DNA from: Ministeria vibrans ATCC 50519
Lineage: Eukaryota > Protista > Filasterea
Length of the DNA stretch: 38,644 bases
Direction of reading: 5' to 3'
NCBI GenBank assembly: GCA_943704425.1
Contig: CALSCP010001569.1
Location: 1 to 38,644, forward strand
Position numbers and translations under genes: made by a program. The stretch's first letter is position 1. Each line of letters begins with the position of its first letter. This document shows positions 1-9,877 of this stretch, one piece after another. The notes under the pieces are model-generated. The model was given only the letters and a program-made list of their open reading frames with translations. It did no database searches and was not told where the DNA came from.

Positions 1-1
1 C

Positions 2-563
2 CCGCAGAGCGCAATCGTCCAGTTTCCACTCCATCAGGGCATTTCCGAGCTCGTCGACCGTCGCTTGAACTGCCTCACGTCTTGCCTCGGCCTGTCCCAC
101 TAGTCTGCTTCCATGGCGCACATAAACTGAGGCAATTACCAATGACTTGAGGCGCGGCCGTTGTGCTCTCCAAGTGCTCGCATCTGCATCCTCCCCCTCT
201 GTGCTTCTGGACACACAAAAAGGTGGGTCGCGCCTCTTCGCAACACTGCTTTTTGGTAGTCGAAATAACACCGCACACCACCTGTGGCCTCTCTTCACGG
301 CTGATATCCAAGGTCGTAACGTAGGCCCAACTATTACGGCAGCCCCACCTCCGACATCGGTGTCCGTGGAGTGAAAAACCAGCAATGGGGGCGGGCTGTT
401 GGTGCCACGCATGCCCTTCTCGCACATCATCAGCAGTTGGGCCGGGTCACGCAGACAATTTCTCAGCCTTGTCTCAGCACGCTGCACCCTCCACCGCTCA
501 TCGTCTTCCGCCCGCAGACATCCACTCGCGCCTTTTTTCAATGCTGTGATACCCGTCCCGTGG
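2..563 (-). mobile_element. APE-like (EEP) endonuclease domain fragment, probably from a non-LTR retrotransposon; runs off the window edge and may be frameshifted
   Basis: The minus-strand frame is open from 751 to 2 and is absent from the ORF track because it has no stop in the window. It reads ...AETRL (478-464)...LVFHSTDTDVGGGAAVIV (GGGAAVIV 352-329)...RWCAVLF...LVIASVYV (142-119), matching the order of APE/EEP motifs QET, GGVAILV, R-x-x-x-V and I-x-S-V-Y. An adjacent frame gives TIALCG at 18-1, as expected just before GDFN. Confidence 0.6.
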
Positions 564-585
564 AACCCTAACCCTAACCCTAACC
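564..585. repeat. Interstitial telomeric repeat (AACCCT)3AACC
   Basis: aaccctaaccctaaccctaacc read directly; C-rich strand on +. Confidence 0.9.
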
Positions 586-698
586 ACATGCCTGACACAA
601 GAACCGATGGACGCATCACCTGAAAGGGCACAAGCCACAGTGCGACCTGCGCATTCGCACCATCCTGTGACGCATCCTTCAACCATTCTTGAAAGACC

Positions 699-717
699 TT
701 AACCCTAACCCTAACCT
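699..717. repeat. Second interstitial telomeric tract (ttaaccctaaccctaacc)
   Basis: Read directly. A third, shorter tract in the opposite orientation (gttagggttag) lies at 1035-1045. Confidence 0.75.
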
Positions 718-1200
718 CGTCAGCAGATGCCGCTTCCTGCTGCAAAGCCGTCTAACATACTCCTTGTGTTTCCTAACCGACACATGAACTATACGATTGC
801 AGTAATTCAACTTTTCACACGTACTCAAAAAGCTTATGAGGCCTACTCGGATTACATCACACATGTCAAACAAAGTATACAAAAATAGAGGATGCTGCAA
901 GCAAAAACAAAACAATCAGTCAATCATCAACACGAATTTGGTTTAGACTGATGACGGCGCCTGCAGCTGGTCGTTAATTGGGATCACGTCTTGTTCAGTA
1001 ATAATTTAAAAGCCATGATCATTATTAATTTACAGTTAGGGTTAGAATTCATGTGAATTGCACTTTCGCAATAAAGCTGTGCGCATTTTTCCGGGCCATA
1101 AAATGTGACTCGAAGGCAGGAATTCAATAATAATTATTATAGAAACCAGCTTACGAAAAAAAATTATTCTCTTCACTCTGAAACTCTACACTCTAGCGTA

Positions 1201-4200
1201 TTAGTTGAATAAAATTGGCCCGTCCTCAGTGAAGTGGCTGACAAGCGGAAGATGCTTCTCACATAGAAAGCATACTCTGCCATCCATCAGCGTCGCACGA
1301 GTAAGACCCCACTCTCGGTGATCTCCCTGTGCCAGGATGAAGTCTTCAACTTCGCGATGAAGGTCACTGCCAATCTCTGCCTTCACATGTTCTGTTTCAT
1401 CATCGCTCATCTCGTCGGCCATTTTCGTCAGCCCTGTATAAATATATTCGTTCGTGTTGTCAGAAGAAGCGTGAGAAAATATCTTACTTGCGTAGGAAGA
1501 ATCGTCTTGGAGCAAAGCGCGAAGAGAATCACACAAGATACCTGTCGCGGCCACGGCTGGTGCCACTGCCTCAACGTGTCCTGTCGCTGTCGTTCCCACA
1601 CGGACGCCAGCTTGAATGAGTGGCTTGGTCCATTTGATTACGCTGTCCAATGCACGGGCAATCTTTCGCAGCTTCTTCTTCCTCAGCGACACCGTGTAGG
1701 TCTTCTGTTCGTGAGTACCTCCCTCATACTCGCAGCACAAATGCAATAAGAACGCGTTGGAGGTGGGATTAAAACGTGTCAGGAGTGGTGGCTTCGAGTG
1801 CGTTGTGAGATAGAAAATACGAGGTGTTCGCGCGTCGAAAGAAAGAAGCGTGCGTAATGTTCGTCGCGCCATCTGCTCAAGTCGTTGAAATTGCAGCGCA
1901 TTAGCTTCGTCGCTCTGTGTCGCACGTGTATCAATAGCCTCCCTAATAGACTCAACGTTCCGCTCGCCATCATGCTTGATCCGCTCGTAATATTGCTCAG
2001 CGACTCGCTCGTAGGTGGCCAGAATGACATCTTGCTCGGTATGAGCAGACGGGAATTCAACGGCTTCGGTACTGTTGGCGGCAATGAGCTGGTTAAGACA
2101 AATCGCGGTGCCGCATTGGTTGCACTCTAGCGTTGGCTTGCGTCGAGCAAGGGCGTTGTCAATACGTTTGCGACTGAAGTAGAAATCGGACTCGGTGAGG
2201 TCATCCAGTTGAGCACACTCAACCGATGGACAGTGCACGTAATACGACAGAATGAGACCCGAAAAGCGCTCCGCCGCCAAGAAATCCAACACTTCGCTGA
2301 CGTGGTATGCAAGCCCATGAGGGTCGGAGCCCCGCGTGCGAACCATCACAAAGGATTGCATTGGCTCAATGTGTACCGTGCCGTACGTGTGTGTTCGTTG
2401 GTCCATCAACTCGATACCGTTAGCGTATAAGCATCGCACGCTGTCTACATCTGTTACTGAAGTCTTTTCGCGTAGACGTACGACAAGCCAGGCAAAGAGA
2501 CCGGTTGGCACAAAAGACAACGCCACACGGTGCACCACCAAATCTCCTCGCGGCACGCGGTTCATGCGCTCACCAAATTTGGCTGGTCTGGACACAGGCA
2601 ACATGGCGGGTACAAGCCAGCGACGTTTCGATGTGGGCACACCATCGACATCGACCGTGTCCGTGTACACTTCGAACATCACCTCCGACTTTTCTAACAA
2701 AGCCATCACGTCGTTTCGTGCGGCGCTGTCCATGCCGCACCAACCCTCCAGCTCACACATGCGCTCCTCCATGACAATACCGGGCTGTGGTCCTAGTGAT
2801 GCAGATTTGTCGCCAACAACCTCCGCGAAGCGGTTGTGAACCCACTGTGGCTCGACAATAACAAATGTTCGTTCGCGGCGACGGTATCGCACAATGACAC
2901 CCCAGTCGTGAAGTGTTTCAATCATCAGCGGTACCAACACAAAGGCCGGATTGTAGCTGTCGGCCTCAAATTCCTGTTTCATCATGGTAAGAAACGCATT
3001 GACGTCGATGGGCCCAGGGTGTTTCTCGCGAATGTTTGGCAGGCGCTCGGCAACGGCGACCCAGTCGGCTGGGTAAAGGGCGCCCATCTTTGGCAAAAGC
3101 AGCAACTCACGAAAGAGTGTTTCACGCAGCTTGTCAAAGTGTGTCCCATCCAGACTGCTGACCCACGGTTCGTCAGGATGAACTGTCAAGCTGGACAAGT
3201 CAGCCATGCCCAGGCGATGGCGCGGGATCATCACTTGTGACGCCGAAAGTTTCACTCCGATGTCGCGTTGTGTCGCAACGACGAGGATGTTCGCGCTAGG
3301 CACACGCGCTGCAAGTTGCTGAAGCCAACGGATGGCTGCTGTCTCAACGCGCTCGCGACCGTTCCACACGAGCAAGTAGAGGCACCGGTCAGTGAAAAAA
3401 AGTTGATGGGTGTTTAGGTATACTTCCTGACCGCCAAAATCCCAAATGCTGATGTTGCCAATAAGCTCTGCGGCAAGCTGTACGTTGGTCCACTCAACAA
3501 CTTCAATACCGTCCGTCTTCAAGGACTTGGGATCGTACGATTGATCGATGAGGTAGCGCACGAGACACGTTTTTCCCACATTTCCCTCGCCCATGACAAG
3601 GATCTTGCATCGATACGCGGGTACAGGATTGAACGCCTCGCGTAAATATGCCAAGATTACGTGAACACCGCGACGAACAACTTCCGGTGGTGGGTGAATG
3701 AGCGAGTCGTTATTGGTGAGGCCAAAAGAACGCAGACGCAGATTGCCAATCTCAGAAGGCAGCCTGATGAGTTCGTTTGCGGCGAGGTCGAGTTCCGTAA
3801 GCGCCGTGAGCTGGCTGAGCTCCTTGGGCACCTCAGTCAGTCGGTTGCCAGAGAGGTCGAGCGTCCTAAGCGCCGTGAGCTGGCTGAGCTCCTTGGACAC
3901 CTCAGTCAGTTGGTTGCCAGAGAGGTTGAGCATCGTAAGCGCCTTGAGCTGGCTGAGCTCCTTGGACACCTCAGTCAGTTGGTTGCGGGAGAGGTTGAGC
4001 CTCGTAAGCGCCGTGAGCTGGCTGAGCTCCTCGAACACCACAGTCAGCTGGTTGTAGGAGAGGTCGAGCGTCCTAAGCGCCTTGAGCTGGCTGAGCTCCG
4101 TGGGCAGCTCAGTCAGTTGGTTGTCAGAGAGGTCGAGCGTCGTAAGCGCCTTGAGCTGGCTGAGCTCCTTGGGCACCTCAGTCAGTCGGTTGCCAGAGAG

Positions 4201-5295
4201 GTCGAGCGTCGTAAGCGCCGTGAACTGGCTGAGCTCCTCGAACACCACAGTCAGTTGGTTGTAGGAGAGGTTGAGCGTCGTAAGCGCCGTGAGCTGGCTG
4301 AGTTCCGTGGGCAGCTCAGTCAGTTGGTTGCCAGAGAGGTTGAGCCTCGTAAGCGCCTTGAGCTGGCTGAGCTCCGTGGGCAGCTCAGTCAGTTGGTTGT
4401 AGAAGAGGTTGAGCGTCGTAAGCGCCTTGAGCTGGCTGAGCTCCTTAGACACCACAGTCAGTTGGTTGTAGGAGAGGTTGAGCGTCGTAAGCGCCTTGAG
4501 CTGGCTGAACTCCTTGGACACCTCAGTCAGTTGGTTGCCAGAGAGGTTGAGCGTCGTAAGCGCCTTGAGCTGGCTGAGCTCCTTGGACACCTCAGTCAGT
4601 CGGTTGTAGGAGAGGTCAAGCGTCGTAAGCGCCGTGAGCTGGCTGAGCTCCTCGAACACCACAGTCAGTTGGTTGTAGGAGAGGTTGAGCGTCGTAAGCG
4701 CCGTGAGCTGGCTGAGCTCCTTGGACACCTCAGTCAGTTGGTTGCCAGAGAGGTTGAGCGTCGTAAGCGCCGTGAGCTGGCTGAGCTCCTTGGACACCTC
4801 AGTCAGTTGGTTGAGGGAGAGGTCGAGCGTCGTAAGCGCCGTGAGCTGGCTGAGCTCCTTGGGCACCTCAGTCAGTTGGTTGCCAGAGAGGTTGAGCGTC
4901 GTAAGCGCCTTGAGCTGGCTGAGCTCCTTGGACACCTCAGTCAGTCGGTTGTAGGAGAGGTCAAGCGTCGTAAGCGCCGTGAGCTGGCTGAGCTCCTCGA
5001 ACACCACAGTCAGTTGGTTGTAGGAGAGGTTGAGCGTCGTAAGCGCCGTGAGCTGGCTGAGCTCCTCGAACACCACAGTCAGTTGGTTGTAGGAGAGGTT
5101 GAGCGTCGTAAGCGCCGTGAGCTGGCTGAGCTCCTCGAACACCACAGTCAGTTGGTTGTAGGAGAGGTTGAGCGTCGTAAGCGCCGTGAGCTGGCTGAGC
5201 TCCGTGGGCAGCTCAGTCAGTTGGTTGTAGGAGAGGCTGAGCTCAGTTGCTTCACTCTCCTCACACTCCTTGATCTTTTCGCGCACTTGCTCCAT
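1201..5295 (-). CDS. Roco protein: about 22 LRRs + Roc GTPase + COR + Cys-rich/coiled-coil C-terminal region, no kinase; intronless
   Basis: First ATG at 5295 (the ORF track starts at TTG 5325). 23-aa LRRs; Roc motifs GEGNVGKT, KTDGIEV, IWDFGGQEVYLNTHQLFF, VATQRD; COR motifs LHDWGVIV, VEPQWV, WLVPAMLP, FVPTGLFAWLVVRL; C-terminal CPxxxC/CxxC, LHLCCE and WGLTR...FLCEKH. Confidence 0.93.
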   Translation of the reverse strand: MEQVREKIKECEESEATELSLSYNQLTELPTELSQLTALTTLNLSYNQLTVVFEELSQLTALTTLNLSYNQLTVVFEELSQLTALTTLNLSYNQLTVVFEELSQLTALTTLDLSYNRLTEVSKELSQLKALTTLNLSGNQLTEVPKELSQLTALTTLDLSLNQLTEVSKELSQLTALTTLNLSGNQLTEVSKELSQLTALTTLNLSYNQLTVVFEELSQLTALTTLDLSYNRLTEVSKELSQLKALTTLNLSGNQLTEVSKEFSQLKALTTLNLSYNQLTVVSKELSQLKALTTLNLFYNQLTELPTELSQLKALTRLNLSGNQLTELPTELSQLTALTTLNLSYNQLTVVFEELSQFTALTTLDLSGNRLTEVPKELSQLKALTTLDLSDNQLTELPTELSQLKALRTLDLSYNQLTVVFEELSQLTALTRLNLSRNQLTEVSKELSQLKALTMLNLSGNQLTEVSKELSQLTALRTLDLSGNRLTEVPKELSQLTALTELDLAANELIRLPSEIGNLRLRSFGLTNNDSLIHPPPEVVRRGVHVILAYLREAFNPVPAYRCKILVMGEGNVGKTCLVRYLIDQSYDPKSLKTDGIEVVEWTNVQLAAELIGNISIWDFGGQEVYLNTHQLFFTDRCLYLLVWNGRERVETAAIRWLQQLAARVPSANILVVATQRDIGVKLSASQVMIPRHRLGMADLSSLTVHPDEPWVSSLDGTHFDKLRETLFRELLLLPKMGALYPADWVAVAERLPNIREKHPGPIDVNAFLTMMKQEFEADSYNPAFVLVPLMIETLHDWGVIVRYRRRERTFVIVEPQWVHNRFAEVVGDKSASLGPQPGIVMEERMCELEGWCGMDSAARNDVMALLEKSEVMFEVYTDTVDVDGVPTSKRRWLVPAMLPVSRPAKFGERMNRVPRGDLVVHRVALSFVPTGLFAWLVVRLREKTSVTDVDSVRCLYANGIELMDQRTHTYGTVHIEPMQSFVMVRTRGSDPHGLAYHVSEVLDFLAAERFSGLILSYYVHCPSVECAQLDDLTESDFYFSRKRIDNALARRKPTLECNQCGTAICLNQLIAANSTEAVEFPSAHTEQDVILATYERVAEQYYERIKHDGERNVESIREAIDTRATQSDEANALQFQRLEQMARRTLRTLLSFDARTPRIFYLTTHSKPPLLTRFNPTSNAFLLHLCCEYEGGTHEQKTYTVSLRKKKLRKIARALDSVIKWTKPLIQAGVRVGTTATGHVEAVAPAVAATGILCDSLRALLQDDSSYASKIFSHASSDNTNEYIYTGLTKMADEMSDDETEHVKAEIGSDLHREVEDFILAQGDHREWGLTRATLMDGRVCFLCEKHLPLVSHFTEDGPILFN
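3790..5244 (-). repeat. Tandem array of 21 near-identical 69-bp LRR-coding units
   Basis: The + strand core gagctggctgagctc...cagtcagttggttg...gagaggttgagcgtcgtaagcgcc recurs every 69 bp. Confidence 0.95.
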
Positions 5296-6356
5296 CCCCC
5301 CTGACTCTCTGTAAGATATTTTCAAAAGTGCAACAGCCTACATACCAGGTTTAAAAAATCTGACACCAGTTCACAATAGTTGCACTTTCAACGATCACCA
5401 CTACCCAACATCCATCAGGAAACCGGCCAACCTTCGTCTGGCGCACCCTATGCACTCACCACTCGCGCCAAGTACTCACAGCTTCCCAGAAGGTGGTTTA
5501 GAGCGCGGCAGCCGAGTTGTGACTCCCATTCATCTCCCACACGAAGCTGCCGTCATCCAGCAGTCCACCACCTTCATCACCACAGCAGAAATATCCCTGA
5601 AGCACATGCGGCACATCCCCACATACTGTCGCTCGCGAGCCAAGTTTTGTGCAATGTGGAGACGAAAGTGCACAAAAAGAAAACAAAACAGCGCAGACGA
5701 GACAGGCCATCGGCCACAACTCACGACTTATAGCGCATATGCAGTTAGCTACACGACAGCCCGCCTCTGCACTCATGCAGCGGACTGCGTTTTCAGTTTG
5801 CGAGTTCAACACATTCTCGGCCAATTGCAGTCATTACAACGGAAGAAAGAATGTAGGCCACATGTACACGTCTTACTGTTCGTTTTAGACTTTTAGTCTA
5901 ACGATGATTTATGCGAGATATAGAGTAAAATAGTATTAATAAATAATTTATGACGAACCGACAAAGATCAACACAACCCAAGTCACTCCAAGCTTGAGAT
6001 TTTGAATGTGGAAGAGTGTCGGCCAAAGATAAACAAGCTCTGGGCCAGTTGGAAGGGCATCATTTGCATCAAGGACATCAAGTGACAAGTCATTAACCCG
6101 TTGAATAAAATGGATTTTGATCGCGAGATTTTGGATCACAGAATCGTGCGAAAGTCCTACTCTGGCTCGTTGTCACTTTTTCGCGAAGTTTAGTATTGAA
6201 AATGTCCTCTTCTTCTTCTTCTAATTAAATATTGCGATTACCTCACTGGATAGCGATTGCACTTGTGCTTTTGTTGTAGATCTGGTGACTGTAATGAATA
6301 AATGGGTGTATTCTTATTCTTAAATAATATTAAATTTTTCACCCACTAGACGTACA

Positions 6357-9300
6357 ATGCCCACTCCATCAAATGGTACAGTGCAAAAAGTTATAAAGCG
6401 TGATTGCGTCATGGAACACTGTCTGTTTTTTTTTAAGTAGCTCCCCTCAAGCTCGACCACTTCAACCAAATCACACTGGCGCTCGCTATTGTCGCAAGCT
6501 GCATTCAAGGTAGTTATAGTACCACTGGGTTTCTCTCGAGAATCCAACAGCGAGTGTCCTTATTTTCACACTGCTCTTCAGTTGCAGGCGATGTCGTTGC
6601 ACATCAACTCCACTTTGTTGTGAATTCATCTGCACCCGCAACGAACGCCGAATTGAAAACGCGCGCCAAAGCCCTTCATCGTCATCCTGAGAAGACAAAC
6701 GAGAGGAACACACTCATGAGTGATTGGCGCGACCCTGTGCGAGGACCGTGGGCAATCGCGCGATTCTTTGTCCAATCGAATTTGACAAAGCCTCAACAAA
6801 CGGCGTCAGACGCCGATTTGAGCACCTGCATTGTGTTCCTCGAGCAGTGCAAGGTATGGTCCCCGTCCAATCAACATCTCGGCTCCCTCTCTCGACTGAG
6901 AAAGCTGCGCAACGAAAATTGGGGGCATCAGCCGTTGACAAGCGACGCCACCGAAGCGCAAGTTGAGAACGTTTTGCAGACGGCCCAAGCGTGCCTCAAA
7001 GACCTCGACACTCTATTACTTCCCGGAAATGACGTTGAACGTGCCAAGTTCCATTGTTTGCGCAAGGAGGCCATTGAAAAAATCGGCAGCTTTCACAGTG
7101 AGTGCTTTTAGTTATTATGTCGTTTGCGGCCAACTCAAACCTATTTCTCACCGTTTCCCTCTATTTAGCTACAGCAGTCAAACAGAGCAACAGCAAGCAA
7201 CTCATTGAACAGTATCTTGCCTGTGAAGCAACCCGTTCCCAGTCGATCGACAATTTGCGCGATGAGAGCAGGTGGATACGTTGCTTTTCATTGAGTGCTC
7301 TTGTCGTTGCCATTGTCGCAATTCTCGCCGTCTTTATTTCAGTGTGGCACAACTCCTCTGGTGGACCCGTATCCGGCAACCACAACTTGCCACTACTACG
7401 TCACCCTCACCTGGTCATGCCAAGCCGCTACCGTGCTGTTCCACAATGGTTTCATGGTCGCACCAGTGAGCTTAAGCGACTCGACTCGCTGTTTGCCCAT
7501 GGACAACGTCAGGCACACGCAATCGTAACGGGTGTGGCAGGGGGTGGGAAGACCAGTCTCGCCGCATATTTTGCTTTGATGCACGTGACCAATTACAGTT
7601 GTGTCGTGTGGCTCGACAAACACGATTATGCCACTGTACCCTTGTCCAACGAGACACTCGCGAAGTTCACTCTGTGTAGCGGTAATGCACTTGCTTTGTT
7701 TGATAATGTGGAGGATATTGGGCTGGTTCTCGAAACCCTCAACAATATCACGATATCACGTCTGAGTGTGCTAGCAACGACGCGGTTGACTGAGTCTGCG
7801 AGCATGGCACGTTGGGAAGAGGTACCGCTGAGTCCATTGTCAGTAGACATAATGGCGCGTATCCTTTGCAAAGATTTATCTCCACAGTTTGTGTGTGATG
7901 CGAATGTGTCTGACGTACAGCGGTTTATCAAGGTCACTGATGGTCTTTCGCTTGCGCTTCATCATGCCAATCGGTTGCTGCGCTATGGTAGCAAGTCACT
8001 CGCTCAGCTCGTGGACGATCTTGAGGAGTCGCTCACTGCGCTTGATGCTGAAGAGTGGGAGCAAAAGCAGGCATTGCGGGATGATGGTCTCTCCAATGGG
8101 CTGGTGGCGCTTTTCAACCAGACAGAGATGTTGCTGCGTCGTCGAGTGGATGCCGATAATACTGTTGGCTGGAACGAAGTGTGGGAGCTGGGATTGCAAC
8201 TGGCGTGGTGGGCGCCAAATCACCCGGTGCCTCTCTTTTTGCTTGGCAACACAACTGAGGAGGGTCGTCGGCAAGACGCAGCTGGACATGCAGATTGGAC
8301 GTTCGCATCAGTATGGCATTTTCTGCGTCAGTATTTGCCCAGCTGGCTTGATGTTTCCTATTTTGCTAAGCGCGATCAAGAGCACACTCCAGGCGACTCC
8401 CTTCTGGCAAAGTCAGTTAACAACACATGTATTCTCAACCATGCCCTCTCTGTGTTACGGAATCGTACCAGGCCACATTTGCGACATCTGGCTGCAGTTA
8501 ACCTCGTCTCAATCGACTCGTGTGGGCAACCCACTGTTACCCACCCTCTCCTTCACCGCTACCTTCGCTACCGCGACACTCACGCTACAGGGCGTCGTGT
8601 GGCTGTCAAAACGATTCAGCTGCTACTTGCTGACGTTCCGTGGATTGACCTCGAGTCGATGTGGCTCACTTGTGTCGTGACACCCCATGTAATTGAACTA
8701 GCAAGGTGTGTGGCTCTCGCAAATGACACTGCTCAGCTCGGTCACCTTGCAAGCTTCCTGTTGCCTCGCTTGTTTGACAAGACGGAGAGTCTCTATGGGA
8801 ACTGCTCAATGGCAATGCTGACACCTTTGTACCAGATCCGCGGACCCAACTCACCCTTTGCACTGGGTTGCGTTGAATACCCTCACATGTATGCAATGTT
8901 TCGCTCAGCCACTTCTCCAGCGGCTGTGTTCTGGCGCACATTGTGCCATGACAAGAAGACGAAAATCTTATGCTATGACATAACTGATGCTCTGTCACGC
9001 AACGCGCCATCTGACGCTGCTGCATTTTTCATGCTTCTTTTCCACGCTGACACCTACTATCACATGTATCAATCCCCCAAAGAACCCCCATCCCTTGCCC
9101 GTGCCATCATGATTAGCAATCAAGCGAATCTGTCGTGTGGGCCATGTTACCGTCTCATTGTTCTCACTGTGCGTGGCACAATAGCATACCGTCAAGCGCG
9201 GTACACTGACAGCGTCAAGTGGTTGAGAAAAGCGGCGGAAATGCCCAACACACGACACTGTCAACCAGAATGGAACAAATGGCTGGCGCTGGCGAACGCA

Positions 9301-9877
9301 CATTGGCGCAATAGTAACTATTCTGAAGCCCTCCGCCACTACCGCGATCTTTCAAAGGAGGGTCGTTACACACATGAAGCCATGTCGTGGTCTTTGGGGG
9401 GTAAGTGGACAACCAACAAAACGGCTACATGTGTGTTCGAGGGTATCGCCCTCCTATCGACGAGTGTTGCTCTGAGCAACCCGACTGTTGTGATTCAGGA
9501 GTTAGATTTTGCACAGCAGGCTGCGTACCACTGGGCGGCGCATCTTCACAATCGGTACAACAAAGAGCCACGCCCAAATCAAGGATGTAGCGCACAGGAA
9601 AAGCTGTACAACCAAAGCTTGGGCTACACACATGGAGATATGCAAGTGGCGTCACAATTGCGATTGTTGCTCTGGAATGCGGCTGCAGAGCTGGCAGAGG
9701 AAATGGGTGAGACTCGAGCTGCACTACGATACTACCGCTTTATGCGATCTATTTGCAACAATTGGCCTGAACAGGGCGAACCGCTGACCTCGGGCAACCT
9801 TATGAATTTGCTCAATGTCTTAAAGTCGGTTGGATTGAACAAGGTCCTGATAATCAATTCAAATATTCATAATAATA

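Noticed and set aside
3790-5244. Regular repeats resembling a CRISPR array
   Set aside because: The units are contiguous in-frame LRR codons with no unique spacers and no cas genes
3661-5304. 547-aa antisense ORF over the LRR array
   Set aside because: It is the reverse-strand shadow of a 69-bp repeat that happens to lack stops in that frame; no independent domain signal
5380-6139. Short ORFs between the Roco and HEPN-STAND genes
   Set aside because: No recognisable motifs, and the splice combinations I tried into the Roco start gave no convincing coding extension; treated as promoter/UTR
7102-7168. Signal-peptide-like start MLLVIMSFAANSNLFLTVSLYL of the 926-aa ORF
   Set aside because: It starts at GTG and lies inside a canonical GTGAGT...TTTAG intron (7098-7168) that joins the upstream ORF in frame
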